Assembly: GCA_052387675.1 (NCBI GenBank)
Contig: JBQTIY010000009.1
Span: forward strand, 141,804-205,803
Origin: Planctomycetota bacterium
GTDB lineage: Bacteria > Planctomycetota > B15-G4
Length of the DNA stretch: 64,000 bases
Reading direction: 5' to 3'
Positions 47,411 through 57,774 of the stretch are shown here, in pieces. A program made the position numbers and the translations under genes. Each line of letters starts with the position of its first letter. Position 1 is the stretch's first letter. The notes under the pieces were generated by a model that saw only the letters and a program-made list of their open reading frames with translations, was not told the origin of the DNA and made no database searches.

Positions 47411-50400
47411 ATGCACACCTTTCTCGTGAACCTGCTGACTCTCGACCCCGGCCGTAATGGCGGTGTCGCGCGCGTCGCGGCAGTGGTGGGGCGGCATCTC
47501 GCTCGCACAGCACGCCGGGGTCGCGCTCGCGTGGTGTTTGCCGTGAGCTACGAGTTCGCCGAGCGCTTTCCGGCCTGGCTTGGCGAAACGGGTGGCGTGG
47601 TGCTGCCGTGCCCGGCGTCCGCCGCGGCCGCGGAGCTTCTGGCGCCCTTGCGGCCAGACGTGATTGTCAGTCCGCTCTTCGGCGGCGAGCCCTTCTTGGG
47701 AGTTCACGCTTTGCAGGGCGCGAGGCACGTGGCCTTCATGCCGGATGCCCTGGCCCTGGATCGGCCCGAGCTGTTGCCCGTCGCCGAAGTTGCCCGGCGC
47801 GAGGCCGCGTACCAGGGCCTGCGGCAGGTCGACTGCGTCATCACGTCGTCTCGATTCTCTCGCGCGCGTCTCATCGCGCACTTGGGCTTGCCGAGTTCGA
47901 GGGTCCGGGTGGTCTCGCTCGGTGGTGACGGACTTTCAACTGCAGCCGCCGAGCAGCCCCTGCCCGCCGGGCTGCAGCGGCCCTTTCTGCTCTATCCCGC
48001 CAATCGCTGGCTCCACAAGCGCCACGCTCTGGCCGTGGCCACCATGGAGCGCATCTGGCAGCGCCGGCCCGAACTGCAGCTCGCCGTGACCGGGTCTATC
48101 GATTCGGGCTTGGTCGAGAGACTCGCGGGCGTAGCCGGCGGGGCGCTCTCGCGCGACGAGCGGATCGTGGACCTCGGCTTCGTGTCCGACGGCGAACTGG
48201 ACGCCCTCTATCGCAACGCCGAAGCGCTGCTGTTCTGTTCGGACTACGAGGGCTTTGGCATGCCCGTGGTCGAGGCCATGCAGCGAGGATGTCCGGTGAT
48301 CTGCTCGCGGGCAGGCTCTTTGCCTGAGGTCGCGGGACATGCGGCGCTGTACTCCGAGAGCGACGATCCCGAAGCGTGGGCGCGGCTCGTGCTTCGCGAA
48401 CTGCCGCGACGGCGCAACGCACTGATCAAGCGCGGGCTCGTTCAAGCGCGCTCCTTCACGTGGGAGCACACCTGGCGTGGCTGGCGTAAGGCCTTGACGT
48501 CCGTTGTTGGCAGGACGGCCCTGCAAGGCCGTGCCACCGCAGCTCAGGGTGCGGGCCTGGAACCACAGATCCTTCTCGATTGGGTGCAGCGGCAGCGGGC
48601 CTTGAACGAAGAGTTGGTGGCCAAAGAGCGGGTGATCCAAGAACTGAAGCGGACCGATGCCGACCTTGCGCGCGAGCTGGCCATCAGCAAGGCCACGGCT
48701 CAGGCCGAGGCCTCGGCTCGGGAGCAACTGCAAGGGGAACTCGCTGCGCGTGAGTCTGCTCTCGCCTCGACGCTGAAGGAGTTGAGTGAGCAGCGCGAAG
48801 AGCTCGTTCAGCAGCAGCATGGACTCGAAGCCAAAGAAGCGGTCATCCAGGGGCAGATCCTGGCCACTCAGCAGCTCGAGGCGGAGCGCTTGGCGCTGCG
48901 CGATGAGCTCCAGGTCCGCCAGGCCGCCTGGGAGTCGCAGCAGCTTGAAGAGAAGCGAAAGTCCGCCGCGCTGCAGAGTGAAGTCGCGCAGCAGCAGGAG
49001 GCCTTGCGCGTTGCGCGGGAGCAGCTCGCCGCTGGGGAAGAGCGCGTCAGCCTGCTGCGCGCGGATCGGCTGCTGGCCTTGGAAGCACTGGAAGCCGCGA
49101 GCGGTCGACTCGAAGCCCGCGAGCAGGAGTTAGCGGCTGCGCAGGCGCGGCTCGCCGGAACGGAAGCGGCGCTGGCCGCTGAAACCGTGGCATTGACGGA
49201 AGCGAAACGAGCGGCCCAGCTTCAGGAGACGCGCCTTGAGGCCCTGCGCACCGCAGGCCGTCAAGAGCGAACCGAGTTGCAGGATCGCTTGGCCGCTGAC
49301 GCCAAGCTGCGCCTCGAGCTCGAAACGCAGCGCAGTCGCCTCGAGCAAGAGGCCGCGCGGTTGCGGGTCTCACTGTCCGAAACAGAAACCCGGCTGACCG
49401 CGGCCAGAGCCTCGCTGTCCGGTCTGACCGACGCGTTGGCTGCGGTCCGCCAGGAACTCGCCCAGGCCCAGGCTTCCGCGCAGTCCGAGGCTGCTGGCTG
49501 GGCTCGGCGCGTGGCGGCTCAGCAGCAGGAACTCGGAGGCCTGCAGGCTCAGCTCGTGCACGCAGAGGAGCTGGCGCACTTGCGCGCTGCCGAACAGCAG
49601 AGGCTATCGGCCGAAGTCACCCGCGGCCAGGAGCAGTTGGCCCGCAAGCATGAGGAGCTGGCCCGGCTGCGCGGCTCGCTGGCCGATGCCCACCGCCTGC
49701 GCGAATCGCTCGAGCAACGGCTGGTCGAAGCTTCCGAGACAGAGCGCGCAGCCGCAGCGGAGCGCGAGGAACTCGAAGCCGAGCTGGGCCAAGTGCGGGG
49801 CTCGCTGGCCGCCGTGGAGAACAGGCTTCAAGAGCGCGAGCGTGATCTCGCGACTCGTGACGATTCCTTGCGCTCGCAGCGCCAGGAACTGCGCGCCCGC
49901 GAAAGCACGATTACCGCGCAACTTCGGGAACTCGCCCAGCGCGACGACGATCTCGCCCAACTGCGCCAGGAGTTGGCGGCCGCTGCTGAGTCCGTGCTGG
50001 AACGTGATCGCGCCCTGGGCGGGCGCGATCGCACGATCGCCGAGCGCGACGGCGCACTGGCCGCGCGTGCCGAGGAGCTCGCCGAGCGCGATCGGCGCCT
50101 CGATGGCCAGATGGGCGAGCTCATCGCCAAGGAGGCGGTGATTCAGGACCTGCTGCGCTATCGTTCCTGGTCGTTGCGCTGGTGGTGGATCTCGCGTGTT
50201 GGTCCGGCCACGGGCCTGCCGCTGGCCTTCCGGACTGTGCAGAAAGTGCGTGAGCGGGCTGCCGATGCCGTGGCGCCGCGCCTCGGGACGCTTTACCAGT
50301 ACCCGCCGGTGCCGCTGCGCGTTCCGCGCCGCTACCAGCCGTCAGTGCCGCCCAGCACCGCTCTGCCTTCGATCTCGCTTGTGACACCCTCCTTCAATCA

Positions 50401-51145
50401 AGCGGCCTTTCTGGAGCGCACGATCCGCAGCGTGGCGGGACAGGACTATGCCGACCTGCAATACATCGTCCAGGATGGCGGCTCCACGGACGGGACGGCT
50501 GACGTCTTGAAGCGCTACGCGCACCAAATGACCGATGCCTTCAGCCGCAAAGACCGCGGTCAGTCGCACGCCATCAATCTGGGCTTCGAGCAGACTTCGG
50601 GCGAAATCATGGCCTGGCTGAACTCCGACGACATCCTGCTGCCCGGCACTCTGCGCTACGTCGCCGAGTACTTCACGGCTCACCCCGACGTGGATGTGGT
50701 CTACGGCCACCGCGTGCTCATCGATGAGCACGATGGAGAGATCGGGCGCTGGGTCCTGCCTCCGCACGATCAGGACGTGCTGAGCTGGGCCGACTACGTG
50801 CCCCAAGAAACACTTTTCTGGCGCCGCACGGCCTGGGACCGCGCCGGCGGCTCGATCGACGAGAGCTTCCAGTTCGCCATGGATTGGGACCTGCTGCTGC
50901 GGCTGCGCGGCTCCGGCGCGAGCATGGTGCGCTTGCCGCGCTTTCTTGCGGCTTTCCGCGTGCATTCGGCCCAGAAGACTTCGGCGCGCATCAATGACCT
51001 CGGAGCGCGCGAGATGACGCGTCTGCGCGAGCGCAGCCTCGGCCGGCCCGTGAGCCATGAGGAGATCATGGAGCACGTCCGTCCGTACCTCAGCCGGTCG
51101 GTCCTGTACCACCAGCTTTGGCGCCTCGGCATGGTGCGCTACTGA
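47411..51145 (+). CDS. Multidomain glycosyltransferase: GT4 - long coiled coil - GT2
   Basis: LLYPANRWLHKRH, YEGFGMPVVEAM; about 530-aa heptad region; ISLVTPSFNQ, DGGSTD, WLNSDD. Confidence 0.88.
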   Translation: MHTFLVNLLTLDPGRNGGVARVAAVVGRHLARTARRGRARVVFAVSYEFAERFPAWLGETGGVVLPCPASAAAAELLAPLRPDVIVSPLFGGEPFLGVHALQGARHVAFMPDALALDRPELLPVAEVARREAAYQGLRQVDCVITSSRFSRARLIAHLGLPSSRVRVVSLGGDGLSTAAAEQPLPAGLQRPFLLYPANRWLHKRHALAVATMERIWQRRPELQLAVTGSIDSGLVERLAGVAGGALSRDERIVDLGFVSDGELDALYRNAEALLFCSDYEGFGMPVVEAMQRGCPVICSRAGSLPEVAGHAALYSESDDPEAWARLVLRELPRRRNALIKRGLVQARSFTWEHTWRGWRKALTSVVGRTALQGRATAAQGAGLEPQILLDWVQRQRALNEELVAKERVIQELKRTDADLARELAISKATAQAEASAREQLQGELAARESALASTLKELSEQREELVQQQHGLEAKEAVIQGQILATQQLEAERLALRDELQVRQAAWESQQLEEKRKSAALQSEVAQQQEALRVAREQLAAGEERVSLLRADRLLALEALEAASGRLEAREQELAAAQARLAGTEAALAAETVALTEAKRAAQLQETRLEALRTAGRQERTELQDRLAADAKLRLELETQRSRLEQEAARLRVSLSETETRLTAARASLSGLTDALAAVRQELAQAQASAQSEAAGWARRVAAQQQELGGLQAQLVHAEELAHLRAAEQQRLSAEVTRGQEQLARKHEELARLRGSLADAHRLRESLEQRLVEASETERAAAAEREELEAELGQVRGSLAAVENRLQERERDLATRDDSLRSQRQELRARESTITAQLRELAQRDDDLAQLRQELAAAAESVLERDRALGGRDRTIAERDGALAARAEELAERDRRLDGQMGELIAKEAVIQDLLRYRSWSLRWWWISRVGPATGLPLAFRTVQKVRERAADAVAPRLGTLYQYPPVPLRVPRRYQPSVPPSTALPSISLVTPSFNQAAFLERTIRSVAGQDYADLQYIVQDGGSTDGTADVLKRYAHQMTDAFSRKDRGQSHAINLGFEQTSGEIMAWLNSDDILLPGTLRYVAEYFTAHPDVDVVYGHRVLIDEHDGEIGRWVLPPHDQDVLSWADYVPQETLFWRRTAWDRAGGSIDESFQFAMDWDLLLRLRGSGASMVRLPRFLAAFRVHSAQKTSARINDLGAREMTRLRERSLGRPVSHEEIMEHVRPYLSRSVLYHQLWRLGMVRY

Positions 51146-52029
51146 TGGCCGCCGAGCGCGGCGCCGCGCCACTGCCGGTGACGATCATCCGCGCCGAGCC
51201 GCAGGGTGGCGCATGGCGGCACGCGCTGCCGTGGCGAGCTGCCGCGGCCCTCTGGCGCCACCGTGATCTCACGGCGCAGCTCGTGCGCCGCGACCTGCGC
51301 GCCCGCTACGTCGGCACTTCGCTCGGCTGGCTCTGGCTGGTGCTCGATCCGCTCTTCATGCTGGCGCTCTACACGCTGGTCTTCTCGGTAGTCTTCGAGG
51401 CGCGCTGGGGGCATCCAGCAGACTCCGACTGGCCCGGCTTTGCGCTGACCCTGGCGGCCGGCCTCGTGGCCTTCGATTGGCTGGCCAACAGCCTGACGCG
51501 CGCCGTGGGGCTCATCGCGGGTGCGCGCACGCTCATTCGACGCGAACGCTTCCCGGCCGAATCGTTGGCCTTGTCCGTGGCGCTGGGCGCGGGAGTGCAC
51601 GCGGCCGTCCAGCTCGGCGTGTTGCTCGCGGTCACGGTGCTATTCGGTCACGGGCTCTCGTGGCAGATCCTCTGGCTGCCTTTTGTGGTGCTGCCGCTGC
51701 TGCTCCTTGTCGTGGGGCTGACCTGGTTTGTGGCAGCCGAGAGCGTGTTCTCTCCGGACTTGGCACAGGCCGTGCCGTTCGCGCTGCGCCTACTGCTGTG
51801 GGGCACGCCCATCCTGTACCCGGCTGCGCTGCTGCCCGCCGCTCTGCAGCCGCTGGTCACCCTGAATCCGCTGCACGTGATCGTCGAGAACCTGCGCCGC
51901 ATCACACTCTGGGATCAGCCGCCGCAGTTCTCGGCGCTGCTGATCATCACGGGCCTGGCGCTGGCCGTGGCCTCGGCGAGCTACGCCTACTTCCTGCACC
52001 GCCAACGGTCCTTCGGTGATGTCGTCTGA
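51145..52029 (+). CDS. wzm: Polysaccharide ABC exporter permease
   Basis: RDLRARYVGTSLGWLW, TPILYP, LNPL, C-terminal FGDVV. Confidence 0.9.
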   Translation: MAAERGAAPLPVTIIRAEPQGGAWRHALPWRAAAALWRHRDLTAQLVRRDLRARYVGTSLGWLWLVLDPLFMLALYTLVFSVVFEARWGHPADSDWPGFALTLAAGLVAFDWLANSLTRAVGLIAGARTLIRRERFPAESLALSVALGAGVHAAVQLGVLLAVTVLFGHGLSWQILWLPFVVLPLLLLVVGLTWFVAAESVFSPDLAQAVPFALRLLLWGTPILYPAALLPAALQPLVTLNPLHVIVENLRRITLWDQPPQFSALLIITGLALAVASASYAYFLHRQRSFGDVV

Positions 52030-53422
52030 GCGGGGGCAGCGTGCCGGGTTGGCACGCATCGAGGTGCGCGGGATCGGCAAGCGCTATCGCTTGAAGTCTG
52101 GCGGAGCGAGCGCGCACGGCTCCACGGCACCGGTGAACGCGCCCCACGTTGCGCCGGCTGTGCATGACTTCTGGGCACTGCGCGGCGTCAACTTCGAGGT
52201 GGGCCCCGGCGAGGTCTTTGGTGTCATCGGCCGCAACGGTTCCGGGAAGAGCACGCTCCTGCAGATTCTGGCCGGCATCCTGCCGCCGAGTGAGGGCGAG
52301 GCGGTGCTGCGCGGGCGGCTGGGCACCATGCTCGAACTGGGCAGCGGCTTTGACCCTGAGGAAACCGGGCGCCAAGGCGTCTTCCTCAAGGGCGCGCTGC
52401 TCGGCTTGCCGCGCCGGGAGATCGAGGAGCAGTTCGATCGGATCCTGGCCTTTGCCGAACTCGGCAGCTTCATCGATCAGCCGGTGCGCACCTACTCCAG
52501 CGGCATGCTCATGCGGCTGGCCTTCGCCGTGACGACCTGCCTCGACGTGGACATCCTGCTCGTGGACGAAGTCCTGGCAGTCGGCGATGTCTTTTTCCGC
52601 CAGAAGTGCCACGCGCGGCTGCGCGAACTCTTGGAGCGCGGCACGAGCGTGATCCTCGTGAGCCATGCCATGGACGAGGTTGCACAGCTTTGCCAGCGAG
52701 TGCTCGTGCTCGGGCACGGCCAGCCGGTCTTTCTGGGTCCGGCGCCCGAGGCCGTGCAGCGCTACTTCCTCCTGCGTGCGGCGCGGCCGCCCGAGCCAGA
52801 CGCCACGGCTGCGGAGGCCGCGTCGGCCGCCGTCGAGCAGGGTCTCACGCTGAACGAGCCGACCCCGGAGGCCGCCTTTGACCTAAGCGGCCGCGTGCAA
52901 GTGGGGGACGGCAGCGCCCGCTGTCGGCTCGTGGCGCTCAGTGATGTGCAGGGCCGGGCCTGCCGCAGCTTTGCTCAGGGCGATTCTGCGGTCATCGACT
53001 GCGAGTTCGAGATCCTGCGTCCGCTCGAAGTGCCCGTCTCGGGAGTGCTTCTGCGGGATGAGCGCGGGGCCGTCGTGCATGGCAAGACCACGCTGCAACT
53101 GGAAGCCGCCGTGCCGCGCCGTGTTTCCGAGCGGAGTGTGCTGCGCGTCCGTCAGATCGTGCAACTCCATCTGGCCGCGGGGGAGTACAGCCTCGACGTG
53201 GGACTCTCTTCGCTCTCCTTGGCAGCGCATGCACAGCGCAGCGCCTGGACGCAGGAAGAACTGGCCGAGCAGATCACCCGCCGCTGCCATGTTGCGGGGG
53301 TCGGTCATTTTGCGGTCCTGCGCCGCGCCACCGGCGGAGAGGGCGTGCAGCTTCCGCACCACGGACTTGTGAACCTGCCGGGCGAGGCGGTCGTCGTCGT
53401 GCGTGCCGAGCGCGCTCAGTGA
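52019..53422 (+). CDS. wzt: Polysaccharide ABC exporter ATPase with Wzt C-terminal carbohydrate-binding domain
   Basis: FWAL, GRNGSGKST, YSSGM, VDEVLAVGD..F..KC, VSH; beta-rich C-terminal extension (LAAGEYSLDVG). Confidence 0.92.
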   Translation: MSSERGQRAGLARIEVRGIGKRYRLKSGGASAHGSTAPVNAPHVAPAVHDFWALRGVNFEVGPGEVFGVIGRNGSGKSTLLQILAGILPPSEGEAVLRGRLGTMLELGSGFDPEETGRQGVFLKGALLGLPRREIEEQFDRILAFAELGSFIDQPVRTYSSGMLMRLAFAVTTCLDVDILLVDEVLAVGDVFFRQKCHARLRELLERGTSVILVSHAMDEVAQLCQRVLVLGHGQPVFLGPAPEAVQRYFLLRAARPPEPDATAAEAASAAVEQGLTLNEPTPEAAFDLSGRVQVGDGSARCRLVALSDVQGRACRSFAQGDSAVIDCEFEILRPLEVPVSGVLLRDERGAVVHGKTTLQLEAAVPRRVSERSVLRVRQIVQLHLAAGEYSLDVGLSSLSLAAHAQRSAWTQEELAEQITRRCHVAGVGHFAVLRRATGGEGVQLPHHGLVNLPGEAVVVVRAERAQ

Positions 53423-54144
53423 CTTCCGCCGGAACAACGCTGCTGCATGTCACGCATTGGAAGGCTGGCTCGCAGTGGATCTACGCCATCCTGCGCGCCT
53501 GTGCCGGCGAGCGAGTGGTGACACCCCAGTTGGGCGTCGCGCATGTGCTGGGCGCCGCCTTGCAGCCTGGGCGCATCTATCCCACGGCCTATCTCACCCG
53601 CCAGCAGTTCCTGCAGCTGGAGCGACCCGCCGGCACGCAGCATTTTCTCGTGTTCAGAGACCTGCGCGACACGCTGGTGTCGGGCTACTTCAGCATGCGC
53701 CACAGCCACCCTGAAATCAGTCCGCGGGTGACGAGCCTGCGTTCGCGACTCAGTGCCTGCGATCTGCCCGCGGGCTTGCGACTCCTCATGCAGGAATGGC
53801 TGCCCCTGAGTGCCGCGGTGCAGCGTTCATGGCTGGCTGCCGCCGAGCCCTTCTTGCGTTACGAGGACTTGCTCTCGAACGACGTCGAACTGCTCGAGGC
53901 CACACTGTTGGATCGCTGTGGCCTCGACGTGCCACGTGAGCACCTGCGCCAAGCCGTCCTCGCCAACCGCTTCGAAGCACGCACCGGGCGTCGTCCCGGC
54001 GAGGAGCGTCTCGACGCGCACGAGCGACTGGGCGTGGCCGGCGATTGGCGCCGCCACTTCGACGCGGGTCTCAAGGCGGACTTCAACGAAAGCTTTGGGG
54101 ACCTGCTCATCGCGTCGGGCTACGAAACCAGCCATGACTGGTGA
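53419..54144 (+). CDS. Sulfotransferase-domain protein
   Basis: 5'-PSB-like THWKAGSQW, 3'-PB RDLRDTLVS, YEDL, RLGVAGDWRRHF. Confidence 0.8.
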   Translation: MTSAGTTLLHVTHWKAGSQWIYAILRACAGERVVTPQLGVAHVLGAALQPGRIYPTAYLTRQQFLQLERPAGTQHFLVFRDLRDTLVSGYFSMRHSHPEISPRVTSLRSRLSACDLPAGLRLLMQEWLPLSAAVQRSWLAAAEPFLRYEDLLSNDVELLEATLLDRCGLDVPREHLRQAVLANRFEARTGRRPGEERLDAHERLGVAGDWRRHFDAGLKADFNESFGDLLIASGYETSHDW

Positions 54145-54949
54145 TCGGACGGCCTCCGCTGGACCCGCGCGCGCCGACGCGACACCGCCGAATCTGCGCT
54201 TGATCGTCGCGGAGTACCCCAAGTCGGGAGGCGTCTGGCTGGTGAGCCTGCTGGGTGACGCGCTGCACCTGCCGAAGCGCGACATCTACACCGACGATTC
54301 CTGGGACCAGTACGACCTGACGAACCATCCCTGGTATGAGGGTGCATCCAGCCTCGGCCTGCCGCCGGCTTGCGTGATCAAGAGTCATGAGCTGCCCGGG
54401 TCGAAGCTGCACGAGTTTGCGCCACGCTCGCGCTCATCGCTGCAGGTGGAGCAACGTGAACTCCATCTGCTCCGTGACGGCCGCGACGTCATCGTCTCAA
54501 AGTACTTCTTCGAGACGGAGTTCTGCGCCCGGAATGGGCTGCCCTCAGCGCATGCGCGCCCCTTCGACGACTATGTGCTGAGTGAGGCGACCCGCTGGCG
54601 CGATTACGTCACGGCCTGGCTCGCGGCCGGGACCGACTTTGTGCGTTACGAAGATCTGCTGGCGGATCCAGCCGGCCGGCTGGCCACGCTCTGTGCGAGC
54701 CTTGCTCATCCGTTGAGCGAGGCGCGCATCGCGGCGGCCGTGGCCGGCAATACGCGCGCCCGGCTGCACGCTGCGCTCGGGCGCGTTTTCCAGCACAACA
54801 CCTTCGTGCGCCGCGGCGTGGCCGGCGACTGGAAGCGGCACTTCAGTTCACGACAGGCGGACAGTTTCTGGGAGTTGGCTGGCGGGCTGCTCGAGCGGCT
54901 GGGCTATCCGCGCGCAGGTCTGCAGGTCGATCCAGGTCCGGAGCGATGA
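54134..54949 (+). CDS. Sulfotransferase-domain protein
   Basis: EYPKSGGVWL, IKSH, RDGRDVIVS, RYEDL, RRGVAGDWK. Confidence 0.85.
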   Translation: MTGDRTASAGPARADATPPNLRLIVAEYPKSGGVWLVSLLGDALHLPKRDIYTDDSWDQYDLTNHPWYEGASSLGLPPACVIKSHELPGSKLHEFAPRSRSSLQVEQRELHLLRDGRDVIVSKYFFETEFCARNGLPSAHARPFDDYVLSEATRWRDYVTAWLAAGTDFVRYEDLLADPAGRLATLCASLAHPLSEARIAAAVAGNTRARLHAALGRVFQHNTFVRRGVAGDWKRHFSSRQADSFWELAGGLLERLGYPRAGLQVDPGPER

Positions 54950-55866
54950 CCAGTCTCTTCGTTTCCACTTTCACTCGGCTGCTGCGCGTGGAGCTCGACT
55001 CAGCGTGGGCGCTGCGCGAAGTCAGTACTGTCCATGAGGGTGAGGGGATCTACTTTGGCCTGTCCAGCGCGGCCGACGGCTTGCTGGCCGTAGCGCGCAA
55101 CGAGGATCCCTGGGGCGTGCCGGCGCGGCCCGACGTGCCGAGCAATCGCATCTTGCGGCTCTTGCCTGAGGGCCCGCCGCTGGCCGCGCTGGGCCGCGGC
55201 ACCAACGTGCACCAGATCCGTCGCCACGCCGGACTGCTGTGGGTCACGACTGGCCCGGCCCCCGAGCTGCGCGCTTACCACCTGAGCGATGGACGCCTGG
55301 TGGGAGCCGTGCGGCTGTCCGATCTGGTGCCGCCGGATCTGCAGCACCCGGCCATCGCAGGCCACGAGGCGGACGCCTATCATTTCAACTCGCTGCACTT
55401 TCGGGACGGCGCGCTCTTCGTCCTGGCACACAATTGGCATTTCGGTTCCTTTGCCCTTGAGTTGGCCTTGAGTGCCGGCGGCGCTGCGCACGGGCTGTTC
55501 GCGGAGCCGCGTCTGCAGGCCGTTCACCGTGGGTTGGGGCGCGCCAGTCACGACATCTTTCACGACGGCGAACAGTTGCTGGCGCTCTCCGGAGCTGAAG
55601 GCCGGCTGGTGGGCACGCGCGGTTTCTCGCTGCGCATCGGGACCGAGGCCGAGGCCTGGTTTCCGCGCGGGCTCGCCGTCGGCGCGGAGCGCTGGGTGAT
55701 TGGCTGTGGCCAGCAGAGCGAGGACCGCGGCGCGCGTTGCAACGGCCCCACGCACCTAGTCGTGTATGACCCGCGGAGTGGGCGGCTGGACCCGCCGCTG
55801 GCTCTCGGTCACCACGGCAACACCTGCGCCCTACGCTTCGCGGGCTTCGACCGGACGGAAGGCTGA
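54946..55866 (+). CDS. Hypothetical beta-propeller protein (DUF4915-like motifs)
   Basis: YFGL, NVHQI, HFNSL, SHDI, FPRGLA; beta-strand-rich. Confidence 0.5.
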   Translation: MTSLFVSTFTRLLRVELDSAWALREVSTVHEGEGIYFGLSSAADGLLAVARNEDPWGVPARPDVPSNRILRLLPEGPPLAALGRGTNVHQIRRHAGLLWVTTGPAPELRAYHLSDGRLVGAVRLSDLVPPDLQHPAIAGHEADAYHFNSLHFRDGALFVLAHNWHFGSFALELALSAGGAAHGLFAEPRLQAVHRGLGRASHDIFHDGEQLLALSGAEGRLVGTRGFSLRIGTEAEAWFPRGLAVGAERWVIGCGQQSEDRGARCNGPTHLVVYDPRSGRLDPPLALGHHGNTCALRFAGFDRTEG

Positions 55867-55996
55867 TGGTAGGATTCACGAGCGTGATGTGTGTTGCCGA
55901 AGCTGATCGGAACCCGAAGGAAGGCGTCGCGGAATGAGCACTTCCGAGGCCGACGCCAGGCAGCCCTTGCGCCGCGGTCTGCATCCGGGCGGAGCC

Positions 55997-56851
55997 ATGG
56001 CGCCGTCCATCGAGACGGCTGCGGCGACCCTGCCCCGTTGCCTTGAACTGGCCAGCACACTGCGCCGCTGGATCATCGAGCAGTCGCTCGACTCGCGCGT
56101 TGGGCACATCGGCTCGGCGCTGTCCATTGCCGACATCATGGCCGTGCTTTGGGAAGGTGTGCTGCGCGACGCAGGGACGACGGCGCCGCACCGGGATCGC
56201 TTTGTGCTTGGCAAGGGACACGCCGCCCTGGCGCTCTATGGAGTCCTGCGCTGGAAGGGCCTGCTGAGCGAGGAGGTCTTCCGCACCTACTGCGCGGACA
56301 ACTCCTTGCTTGGCGTGCACCCGGAGCATGCTCTGCCGGGTGTGGATCTCTCGACCGGATCACTCGGGCAGGGCTTGTCGGTTGCGTGTGGACTCGCGCT
56401 GGGTCTGCGCCTGCGCAATTCTCCGGGCCGAGTGCACGCTCTGCTCTCGGATGCCGAGTGCAACGAAGGACAAGTCTGGGAGGCGGCGGCCTTCGCCGGT
56501 CACCACCGCCTCGACAACCTGACCGTCGTCGTCGACCTCAACGGCCTGCAAGCGCTGGGTCACACGCGAGACGTGCTCAACCAAACGCGACTCGCTCAAG
56601 TGTGGGCCTCCTTCCACTGGGAGACCGTGGAAGTCGACGGGCATTCTTGCGACGCGCTGCTCTCGGCCTATCGGCGGCCACAGGCCGGCCAGCCGCGCGT
56701 CCTCATCGCGCGCACGGTGCTCGGCAAGGGTGTCTCCTTCATGGAGGACCGCCTCGAGTGGCACTACCGCAACCTGACGCCGGAGACGGCCCGCGCGGCG
56801 CTCGATGAATTGAGCGGTGCCGCGCACAACGGCAGGGGCCGCAGCGGATGA
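55997..56851 (+). CDS. Transketolase N-terminal (TPP-binding) subunit
   Basis: GHIGSALS, RDRFVLGKGH, STGSLGQG, SDAECNEG..WEA, GKG. Confidence 0.9.
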   Translation: MAPSIETAAATLPRCLELASTLRRWIIEQSLDSRVGHIGSALSIADIMAVLWEGVLRDAGTTAPHRDRFVLGKGHAALALYGVLRWKGLLSEEVFRTYCADNSLLGVHPEHALPGVDLSTGSLGQGLSVACGLALGLRLRNSPGRVHALLSDAECNEGQVWEAAAFAGHHRLDNLTVVVDLNGLQALGHTRDVLNQTRLAQVWASFHWETVEVDGHSCDALLSAYRRPQAGQPRVLIARTVLGKGVSFMEDRLEWHYRNLTPETARAALDELSGAAHNGRGRSG

Positions 56852-57774
56852 GAACCGCACTCATCGAGACACTCTGTGAGCTGGCTGCTGAGGACGAGCG
56901 GATCATGCTGCTCACCGCCGACTTGGGCTGGTCCGTGGTCGAACCGTTTCGGGAGCGTTTTCCCCGGCGCTTCCTGAACGTGGGGGTCGCGGAGGCCAAC
57001 ATGATGGGAGTGGCCACAGGCCTGGCCCAGCTTGGATACGTGCCCTTCGTCTACTCGATTGCGACCTTCGCCTCGATGCGCGGATACGAGCAACTGCGCG
57101 ACGGGCCCATCTTGCATCAGCTTCCGGTGCGAGTGATCGGTATCGGCGGCGGCTTCGCCTACGGACATGCCGGGCCGACGCATCACGCACTCGAAGATCT
57201 GTGCATCGGCCGGGCACAACCGGGTCTCACGGTGCTGGCACCGGCCGACCCGGCTCAGACGCGCACCATCTTGCGCGAGACCGCGTCGTTGCCTGGCCCG
57301 GCGTACTTCCGCATCGGCAAGGGCGGCAATGCCGAGGTGCCCGGGCTGCAGGGCCGCTTCGCGCTGAATCGCCCCGAGCTCGTGCGCGAGGGCGAGGACG
57401 TGCTCTTCCTCACCGTGGGTTCGATCGCGCACGAGGCTCTGGACGCGGCGAAGCTGCTGGCGGCCAGCGGCCATTCGGCTGCGGTGGCTGTCCTGGCGCA
57501 CCTCCCGCACCAGTCCTCGGCAGCTCTGGCCGAATTGCTGGCCGACTATGCGCTGGTGGTCTCGGTGGAGGAAGGCTTCGCAGCCGGCGGGCTGGGCTCG
57601 CTGACAGCGGAGACCATTGCCGAGAACGGACTCTCCTGCCGACTCGCCATCCGAGCCGTGCGCCGCAACTTCGCCGGCGCTTCGGGCAGCGAACGCTGGA
57701 TGCGCGCGCAGCACGGGCTCGATGCCGCCTCTCTGGTGGCTGCCGTCGAGCAGTTGGCTAACGCCAAGGCGTGA
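56848..57774 (+). CDS. Transketolase C-terminal subunit
   Basis: TADLG, NVGVAEANM, GPTHH, VEE..GGLG. Confidence 0.9.
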   Translation: MRTALIETLCELAAEDERIMLLTADLGWSVVEPFRERFPRRFLNVGVAEANMMGVATGLAQLGYVPFVYSIATFASMRGYEQLRDGPILHQLPVRVIGIGGGFAYGHAGPTHHALEDLCIGRAQPGLTVLAPADPAQTRTILRETASLPGPAYFRIGKGGNAEVPGLQGRFALNRPELVREGEDVLFLTVGSIAHEALDAAKLLAASGHSAAVAVLAHLPHQSSAALAELLADYALVVSVEEGFAAGGLGSLTAETIAENGLSCRLAIRAVRRNFAGASGSERWMRAQHGLDAASLVAAVEQLANAKA

